A stretch of DNA of 21,624 nucleotides. Source: Azolla caroliniana (Eukaryota; Plantae; Polypodiophyta). This document shows, in pieces, positions 12,457 to 21,624 of this stretch. Both the position numbers and the translations under genes were made by a program. The stretch is from the NCBI GenBank assembly GCA_043228905.1, contig JBHGNT010000526.1, positions 1 to 21,624 on the forward strand, read 5' to 3'. The notes under the pieces were generated by a model. The model had not been told where the DNA came from, searched no databases, and saw only the letters and a list, made by a program, of their open reading frames with translations. How positions within the stretch are numbered: the first letter of the stretch is position 1; each line of letters starts with the position of its first letter.

Positions 12457-15400
12457 GTGTTCAAACATGCGAATCGAAGCTAACAACGCTAGCTATGATA
12501 TGGAATTAAAAAATCAAGATTTTGAAACTCAGGTCGAGAGACATGACGAAATTACCAAATTTTACGAGTGAGTTGGGAAGAGCTAGTAGGAAAATTAAAA
12601 TGTTCATACCTGGCGAGTGTGATATCGGATTTTTGTGTTCAAACATGGGAATCGAAGCTAAGAACCCTAGCTATGATATGGAATTAAAAAATCAAGATTA
12701 AGAAACTCAGGTAGAGAGAGATGACGAAATTACCAAATTTGAGGAGTGAGTTTAGAAGAGCTAGTAGGTAAATTAAAATGTTCATACATAGGTCGTGTGA
12801 TATCGGATTCTTGTGTTCAAACATGCGAATCGAAGCTAACAACGCTAGCTATGATATGGAATTAAAAAATCAAGATTTTGAAATTCAGGTCGAGAGAAAT
12901 GACGAAATTACCAAATTTGAGGAGTGAGTTGGGAAGAACTAGTAGGTAAATTAAAATGTTCATACATAGGTCGTGTGATATCGGATTCTTGTGTTCTAAC
13001 ATGCGAATCGAAGCTAACAACGCTAGCTATGATATGGAATTAAAAAATCAAGATTTTGAAACTCAGGTCGAGAGACATGACGAAATTACCAAATTTGAGG
13101 AGTGAGTTGGGAAGAGCTAGTAGGTAAATTAAAATGTTCATACCTGGGTCGTGTGATATCGGATTTTTGGGTTCAAACATGCGAATCGAAGCTAACAACG
13201 CTAGCTATGATATGGAATTAAAAAATCAAGATTTTGAAATTCAGGTCGAGAGACATGACGAAATTACCAAATTTTACGAGTGAGTTGGGAAGAGCTAGTA
13301 GGAAAATTAAAATGTTCATACCTGGCGAGTGTGATATCGGATTTTTGTGTTCAAACATGGGAATCGAAGCTAAGAACCCAGCTATGATATGGAATTAAAA
13401 AATCAAGATTAAGAAACTCAGGTAGAGAGAGATGACGAAATTACCAAATTTGAGGAGTGAGTTTAGAAGAGCTAGTAGGTAAATTAAAATGTTCATACAT
13501 AGGTCGTGTGATATCGGATTCTTGTGTTCAAACATGCGAATCGAAGCTAACAACGCTAGCTATGATATGGAATTAAAAAATCAAGATTTTGAAATTCAGG
13601 TCGAGAGAAATGACGAAATTACCAAATTTGAGGAGTGAGTTGGGAAGAACTAGTAGGTAAATTAAAATGTTCATACATAGGTCGTGTGATATCGGATTCT
13701 TGTGTTCTAACATGCGAATCGAAGCTAACAACGCTAGCTATGATATGGAATTAAAAAATCAAGATTTTGAAACTCAGGTCGAGAGACATGACGAAATTAC
13801 CAAATTTGAGGAGTGAGTTGGGAAGAGCTAGTAGGTAAATTAAAATGTTCATACCTGGGTCGTGTGATATCGGATTTTTGGGTTCAAACATGCGAATCGA
13901 AGCTAACAACGCTAGCTATGATATGGAATTAAAAAATCAAGATTTTGAAATTCAGGTCGAGAGACATGACGAAATTACCAAATTTTACGAGTGAGTTGGG
14001 AAGAGCTAGTAGGAAAATTAAAATGTTCATACCTGGCGAGTGTGATATCGGATTTTTGTGTTCAAACATGGGAATCGAAGCTAAGAACCCTAGCTATGAT
14101 ATGGAATTAAAAAATCAAGATTAAGAAACTCAGGTAGAGAGAGATGACGAAATTACCAAATTTGAGGAGTGAGTTTAGAAGAGCTAGTAGGTAAATTAAA
14201 ATGTTCATACATAGGTCGTGTGATATCGGATTCTTGTGTTCAAACATGCGAATCGAAGCTAACAACGCTAGCTATGATATGGAATTAAAAAATCAAGATT
14301 TTGAAATTCAGGTCGAGAGAAATGACGAAATTACCAAATTTGAGGAGTGAGTTGGGAAGAACTAGTAGGTAAATTAAAATGTTCATACATAGGTCGTGTG
14401 ATATCGGATTCTTGTGTTCTAACATGCGAATCGAAGCTAACAACGCTAGCTATGATATGGAATTAAAAAATCAAGATTTTGAAACTCAGGTCGAGAGACA
14501 TGACGAAATTACCAAATTTGAGGAGTGAGTTGGGAAGAGCTAGTAGGTAAATTAAAATGTTCATACCTGGGTCGTGTGATATCGGATTTTTGGGTTCAAA
14601 CATGCGAATCGAAGCTAACAACGCTAGCTATGATATGGAATTAAAAAATCAAGATTTTGAAATTCAGGTCGAGAGACATGACGAAATTACCAAATTTTAC
14701 GAGTGAGTTGGGAAGAGCTAGTAGGAAAATTAAAATGTTCATACCTGGCGAGTGTGATATCGGATTTTTGTGTTCAAACATGGGAATCGAAGCTAAGAAC
14801 CCTAGCTATGATATGGAATTAAAAAATCAAGATTAAGAAACTCAGGTAGAGAGAGATGACGAAATTACCAAATTTGAGGAGTGAGTTTAGAAGAGCTAGT
14901 AGGTAAATTAAAATGTTCATACATAGGTCGTGTGATATCGGATTCTTGTGTTCAAACATGCGAATCGAAGCTAACAACGCTAGCTATGATATGGAATTAA
15001 AAAATCAAGATTTTGAAATTCAGGTCGAGAGAAATGACGAAATTACCAAATTTGAGGAGTGAGTTGGGAAGAACTAGTAGGTAAATTAAAATGTTCATAC
15101 ATAGGTCGTGTGATATCGGATTCTTGTGTTCTAACATGCGAATCGAAGCTAACAACGCTAGCTATGATATGGAATTAAAAAATCAAGATTTTGAAACTCA
15201 GGTCGAGAGACATGACGAAATTACCAAATTTGAGGAGTGAGTTGGGAAGAGCTAGTAGGTAAATTAAAATGTTCATACCTGGGTCGTGTGATATCGGATT
15301 TTTGGGTTCAAACATGCGAATCGAAGCTAACAACGCTAGCTATGATATGGAATTAAAAAATCAAGATTTTGAAATTCAGGTCGAGAGACATGACGAAATT

Positions 15401-16015
15401 ACCAAATTTTACGAGTGAGTTGGGAAGAGCTAGTAGGAAAATTAAAATGTTCATACCTGGCGAGTGTGATATCGGATTTTTGTGTTCAAACATGGGAATC
15501 GAAGCTAAGAACCCTAGCTATGATATGGAATTAAAAAATCAAGATTAAGAAACTCAGGTAGAGAGAGATGACGAAATTACCAAATTTGAGGAGTGAGTTT
15601 AGAAGAGCTAGTAGGTAAATTAAAATGTTCATACATAGGTCGTGTGATATCGGATTCTTGTGTTCAAACATGCGAATCGAAGCTAACAACGCTAGCTATG
15701 ATATGGAATTAAAAAATCAAGATTTTGAAATTCAGGTCGAGAGAAATGACGAAATTACCAAATTTGAGGAGTGAGTTGGGAAGAACTAGTAGGTAAATTA
15801 AAATGTTCATACATAGGTCGTGTGATATCGGATTCTTGTGTTCTAACATGCGAATCGAAGCTAACAACGCTAGCTATGATATGGAATTAAAAAATCAAGA
15901 TTTTGAAACTCAGGTCGAGAGACATGACGAAATTACCAAATTTGAGGAGTGAGTTGGGAAGAGCTAGTAGGTAAATTAAAATGCTCATACCTGGGTCGTG
16001 TGATATCGGATTTTT
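12457..16015 (+). repeat. 4-monomer (712 bp) higher-order repeat, 5 tandem copies
   Basis: The variant T of the marker GTTCTAAC lies at 12997, 13708, 14420, 15132 and 15844. B monomers start at 12635, 13347, 14058, 14770 and 15482. One copy is 711 bp because of a deleted T near 13380. Confidence 0.95.
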
Positions 16016-18151
16016 GTGTTCAAACATGCGAATCGAAGCTAACAACGCTAGCTATGATATGGAAATAAAAAATCAAGATTTTGAAACTCAGGTCGAGAGA
16101 CATGACGAAATTACCAAATTTGAGGAGTGAGTTGGGAAGAGCTAGTAGGTAAATTAAAATGTTCATACGTAACGAGTGTGATATCGGATTTTTGTGTTCA
16201 AACATGCGAATCGAAGCTAACAACACTAGCTATGATCTGGAATTAAAAAATCAAGATTTTCAAACTCAGGTCGAGAGACATGACGAAATTACCAAATTTT
16301 AGGAGTGAGTTGGGAAGAGCTAGTAGGTAAATTAAAATGTTCATACCTGGGTCGTGTGATATCGGATTTTTGGGTTCAAACATGCGAATCGAAGCTAACA
16401 ACGCTAGCTATGATATGGAATTAAAAAATCAAGATTTTGAAATTCAGGTCGAGAGACATGACGAAATTACCAAATTTGAGGAGTGAGTTGGGAAGAGCTA
16501 GTAGGTAAATTAAAATGGTCATACCTGGGTCGTGTGATATCGGATTTTTGTGTTCAAACATGCGAATCGAAGCTAACAACGCTAGCTATGATATAGAATT
16601 AAAAAATCAAGATTTTGAAACTCAGGTCGAGAGACATGACGAAATTACCAAATTTGAGGAGTGAGTTGGGAAGAGCTAGTAGGTAAATTAAAATGGTCAT
16701 ACCTGGGTCGTGTGATATCGGATTTTTGTGTTCAAACATGCGAATCGAAGCTAACAACGCTAGCTATGATATAGAATTAAAAAATCAAGATTTTGAAATT
16801 CAGGTCGAGAGAAATGACGAAATTACCAAATTTGAGGAGTGAGTTGGGAAGAGCTAGTAGGTAAATTAAAATGTTCATACATAGGTCGTGTGATATCGGA
16901 TTCTTGTGTTCTAACATGCGAATCGAAGCTAACAACGCTAGCTATGATATGGAATTAAAAAATCAAGATTTTGAAACTCAGGTCGAGAGACATGACGAAA
17001 TTACCAAATATGAAGAGTGAGTTTAGAAGAGCTAGTAGGTAAATTAAAATGTTCATACCTGGGTCGTGTGATATCGGATTTTTGGGTTCAAACATGCGAA
17101 TCGAAGCTAACAACGCTAGCTATGATATGGAATTAAAAAATCAAGATTTTGAAACTCAGGTCGAGAGAAATGACGAAATTACCAAATTTAAGGAGTGAGT
17201 TGGGAAGAGCTAGTAGGTAAATTAAAATGTTCATACCTAACGAGTGTGATATCGGATTTTTGTGTTCAAACATGCGAATCGAAGCTAACAACACTAGCTA
17301 TGATCTGGAATTAAAAAATCAAGATTTTCAAACTCAGGTCGAGAGACATGACGAAATTACCAAATTTTAGGAGTGAGTTGGGAAGAGCTAGTAGGTAAAT
17401 TAAAATGTTCATACCTGGGTCGTGTGATATCGGATTTTTGGGTTCAAACATGCGAATCGAAGCTAACAACGCTAGCTATGATATGGAATTAAAAAATCAA
17501 GATTTTGAAATTCAGGTCGAGAGACATGACGAAATTACCAAATTTGAGGAGTGAGTTGGGAAGAGCTAGTAGGTAAATTAAAATGGTCATACCTGGGTCG
17601 TGTGATATCGGATTTTTGTGTTCAAACATGCGAATCGAAGCTAACAACGCTAGCTATGATATAGAATTAAAAAATCAAGATTTTGAAACTCAGGTCGAGA
17701 GACATGACGAAATTACCAAATTTGAGGAGTGAGTTGGGAAGAGCTAGTAGGTAAATTAAAATGTTCATACCTAACGAGTGTGATATCGGATTTTTGTGTT
17801 CAAACATGCGAATCGAAGCTAACAACACTAGCTATGATCTGGAATTAAAAAATCAAGATTTTGAAACTCAGGTCGAGAGACATGACGAAATTACCAAATT
17901 TTACGAGTGAGTTGGGAAGAGCTAGTAGGTAAATTAAAATGTTCATACCTGGGTCGCGTGATATCGGATTTTTGTGTTCAAACATGCGAATCGAAGCTAA
18001 CAACGCTAGCTATGATATGGAATTAAAAAATCAAGATTTTCAAACTCAGGTCGAGAGACATGACGAAATTACCAAATTTGAGGAGTGAGTTGGGAAGAGC
18101 TAGTAGATAAATTAAAATGTTCATACCTGGGTCGTGTGATATCGGATTTTT

Positions 18152-18863
18152 GTGTTCAAACATGCGAATCGAAGCTAACAACGCTAGCTATGATATGGAA
18201 TTAAAAAATCAAGATTTTGAAACTCAGGTAGAGAGACATGACGAAATTACCAAATTTTACGAGTGAGTTGGGAAGAGCTAGTAGGAAAATTAAAATGTTC
18301 ATACCTGGCGAGTGTGATATCGGATTTTTGTGTTCAAACATGGGAATCGAAGCTAAGAACCCTAGCTATGATATGGAATTAAAAAATCAAGATTAAGAAA
18401 CTCAGGTAGAGAGAGATGACGAAATTACCAAATTTGAGGAGTGAGTTTAGAAGAGCTAGTAGGTAAATTAAAATGTTCATACATAGGTCGTGTGATATCG
18501 GATTCTTGTGTTCAAACATGCGAATCGAAGCTAACAACGCTAGCTATGATATGGAATTAAAAAATCAAGATTTTGAAATTCAGGTCGAGAGAAATGACGA
18601 AATTACCAAATTTGAGGAGTGAGTTGGGAAGAGCTAGTAGGTAAATTAAAATGTTCATACATAGGTCGTGTGATATCGGATTCTTGTGTTCTAACATGCG
18701 AATCGAAGCTAACAACGCTAGCTATGATATGGAATTAAAAAATCAAGATTTTGAAACTCAGGTCGAGAGACATGACGAAATTACCAAATTTGAGGAGTGA
18801 GTTGGGAAGAGCTAGTAGGTAAATTAAAATGTTCATACCTGGGTCGTGTGATATCGGATTTTT
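18152..18863 (+). repeat. Isolated sixth copy of the 4-monomer HOR
   Basis: Same monomer order as the 12457-16015 unit (TTTACG/GGCGA, B with AAGAACCC and CATACATAGG, AATTC plus GAGAAAT, GTTCTAAC at 18692). It has GAGCT where the tandem copies have GAACT. Confidence 0.85.
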
Positions 18864-21624
18864 GTGTTCAAACATGCGAATCGAAGCTAACAACGCTAGC
18901 TATGATATGGAATTAAAAAATCAAGATTTTGAAACTCAGGTCGAGAGACATGACGAAATTACCAAATTTTACGAGTGAGTTGGGAAGAGCTAGTAGGTAA
19001 ATTAAAATGTTCATACCTGGGTCGTGTGATATCGGATTTCTGTGTTCAAACATGCGAATCGAAGCTAACAACGCTAGCTATGATATGGAAATAAAAAATC
19101 AAGATTTTGAAACTCAGGTCGAGAGACATGACGAAATTACCAAATTTTAGGAGTGAGTTGGGAAGAGCTAGTAGGAAAATTAAAATGTTCATACCTGGCG
19201 AGTGTGATATCGGATTTTTGTGTTCAAACATGGGAATCGAAGCTAAGAACACTAGCTATGATATGGAATTAAAAAATCAAGATTAAGAAACTCAGGTAGA
19301 GAGAGATGACGAAATTACCAAATTTGAGGAGTGAGTTTAGAAGAGCTAGTAGGTAAATTAAAATGTTCATACCTGGGTCGTGTGATATCGGATTTTTGTG
19401 TTCAAACATGCGAATCGAAGCTAACAACGCTAGCTATGATATGGAATTAAAAAATCAAGATTTTGAAACTCAGGTCGAGAGACATGACGAAATTACCAAA
19501 TTTGAGGAGTGAGTTGGGAAGAGCTAGTAGGTAAATTAAAATGGTCATACCTGGGTCGTGTGATATCGGATTTTTGTGTTCAAACATGCGAATCGAAGCT
19601 AACAACGCTAGCTATGATATGGAAATAAAAAATCAAGATTTTGAAACTCAGGTCGAGAGACATGACGAAATTACCAAATATGAAGAGTGAGTTTAGAAGA
19701 GCTAGTAGGTAAATTAAAATGTTCATACTTGGGTCGTGTGATATCGGATTTTTGGGTTCAAACATGCAAATCGAAGCTAACAACGCTAGCTATGATATGG
19801 AATTAAAAAATCAAGATTTTGAAACTCAGGTCGAGAGAAATGACGAAATTACCAAATTTAAGGAGTGAGTTGGGAAGAGCTAGTAGGTAAATTAAAATGT
19901 TCATACCTAACGAGTGTGATATCGGATTTTTGTGTTCAAACATGCGAATCGAAGCTAACAACACTAGCTATGATCTGGAATTAAAAAATCAAGATTTTCA
20001 AACTCAGGTCGAGAGACATGACGAAATTACCAAATTTTAGGAGTGAGTTGGGAAGAGCTAGTAGGTAAATTAAAATGTTCAGACCTGGGTCGTGTGATAT
20101 CGGATTTTTGGGTTCAAACATGCGAATCGAAGCTAACAACGCTAGCTATGATATGGAATTAAAAAATCAAGATTTTAAAATTCAGGTCGAGAGACATGAC
20201 GAAATTACCAAATATGAACAGTGAGTTTAGAAGAGCTAGTAGGTAAATTAAAATGTTCATACCTGGGTCGTGTGATATCGGATTTTTGTGTTCAAACATG
20301 CGAATCGAAGCTAACAACGCTAGCTATGATATGGAATTAAAAAATCAAGATTTTGAAACTCAGGTCGAGAGACATGACGAAATTACCAAATTTTACGAGT
20401 GAGTTGGGAAGAGCTAGTAGGTAAATTAAAATGTTCATACCTGGGTCGTGTGATATCGGATTTCTGTGTTCAAACATGCGAATCGAAGCTAACAACGCTA
20501 GCTATGATATGGAAATAAAAAATCAAGATTTTGAAACTCAGGTCGAGAGACATGACGAAATTACCAAATTTTAGGAGTGAGTTGGGAAGAGCTAGTAGGA
20601 AAATTAAAATGTTCATACCTGGCGAGTGTGATATCGGATTTTTGTGTTCAAACATGGGAATCGAAGCTAAGAACACTAGCTATGATATGGAATTAAAAAA
20701 TCAAGATTAAGAAACTCAGGTAGAGAGAGATGACGAAATTACCAAATTTGAGGAGTGAGTTTAGAAGAGCTAGTAGGTAAATTAAAATGTTCATACCTGG
20801 GTCGTGTGATATCGGATTTTTGTGTTCAAACATGCGAATCGAAGCTAACAACGCTAGCTATGATATGGAATTAAAAAATCAAGATTTTGAAACTCAGGTC
20901 GAGAGACATGACGAAATTACCAAATTTGAGGAGTGAGTTGGGAAGAGCTAGTAGGTAAATTAAAATGGTCATACCTGGGTCGTGTGATATCGGATTTTTG
21001 TGTTCAAACATGCGAATCGAAGCTAACAACGCTAGCTATGATATGGAAATAAAAAATCAAGATTTTGAAACTCAGGTCGAGAGACATGACGAAATTACCA
21101 AATATGAAGAGTGAGTTTAGAAGAGCTAGTAGGTAAATTAAAATGTTCATACTTGGGTCGTGTGATATCGGATTTTTGGGTTCAAACATGCAAATCGAAG
21201 CTAACAACGCTAGCTATGATATGGAATTAAAAAATCAAGATTTTGAAACTCAGGTCGAGAGAAATGACGAAATTACCAAATTTAAGGAGTGAGTTGGGAA
21301 GAGCTAGTAGGTAAATTAAAATGTTCATACCTAACGAGTGTGATATCGGATTTTTGTGTTCAAACATGCGAATCGAAGCTAACAACACTAGCTATGATCT
21401 GGAATTAAAAAATCAAGATTTTCAAACTCAGGTCGAGAGACATGACGAAATTACCAAATTTTAGGAGTGAGTTGGGAAGAGCTAGTAGGTAAATTAAAAT
21501 GTTCAGACCTGGGTCGTGTGATATCGGATTTTTGGGTTCAAACATGCGAATCGAAGCTAACAACGCTAGCTATGATATGGAATTAAAAAATCAAGATTTT
21601 AAAATTCAGGTCGAGAGACATGAC
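18806..21624 (+). repeat. 8-monomer (1424 bp) higher-order repeat, about 2 tandem copies, cut by the window end
   Basis: Markers recur at +1424: GATTTCTG, ATGCAAATC, TTCAGACC (G at 20082 and 21506) and TTTTAAAATTC. ORF pairs 19046/20470 and 19580/21004 agree. Confidence 0.95.

Larger units (their letters stand above)
1..21624 (+). repeat. Tandem satellite DNA array, 178-bp monomer, about 121.5 copies, all in one orientation (centromeric/heterochromatic-type satellite; family not identified)
   Basis: GTGTTCAAAC (or a one-base variant) recurs at 1, 179, 357, 535, 713 ... 21000, 21178, 21356 and 21534. The step is exactly 178 bp except for five 177-bp monomers (starting 5519, 6408, 8187, 9076, 13347). 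There is no unique sequence, and the array runs off both ends of the window. Confidence 0.99.

Noticed and set aside
5-21207. Repeated - strand hydrophobic ORFs of 67-68 aa (MLASIRMFEHKNPISH...)
   Set aside because: They are open only where the GGAAATAA or GGAATTTA variant removes a stop. The hydrophobicity follows from the T-rich reverse strand, and there is no sign of codon-level conservation.
1-21624. CRISPR array or repeat-spacer system
   Set aside because: There are no unique spacers: the whole 178 bp is repeated with only scattered SNPs. No cas genes are present.
1-21624. 5S rRNA, tRNA or snRNA tandem gene array; transposon insertion; inversion
   Set aside because: I recognise no structured-RNA sequence. 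The monomer register and orientation are unbroken from 1 to 21624, which leaves no room for an insertion or strand switch.

Overview
The whole 21,624-bp window is one uninterrupted, head-to-tail tandem satellite array: 121 full monomers of 178 bp plus a 91-bp partial copy. The consensus, counted by hand at about 37% GC, is GTGTTCAAACATGCGAATCGAAGCTAACAACGCTAGCTATGATATGGAATTAAAAAATCAAGATTTTGAAACTCAGGTCGAGAGACATGACGAAATTACCAAATTTGAGGAGTGAGTTGGGAAGAGCTAGTAGGTAAATTAAAATGTTCATACCTGGGTCGTGTGATATCGGATTTTT. I see no genes, RNA genes, transposon insertions, inversions or CRISPR array, and the listed ORFs are by-products of the repeat. The nucleosome-sized unit and high homogeneity resemble a eukaryotic centromeric or heterochromatic satellite, but I cannot name the family or organism. 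The information lies in the variants. Shared SNPs and indels define a patchwork of local higher-order repeats (HORs): 5-mer (890 bp), 3-mer (534 bp), 15-mer (2668 bp), 4-mer (712 bp) and 8-mer (1424 bp). They also show long-range block copies, a recurrent divergent monomer subtype and chimeric monomers. The monomer itself appears to be an old dimer of two subunits of about 89 bp. All comparisons were made by eye.
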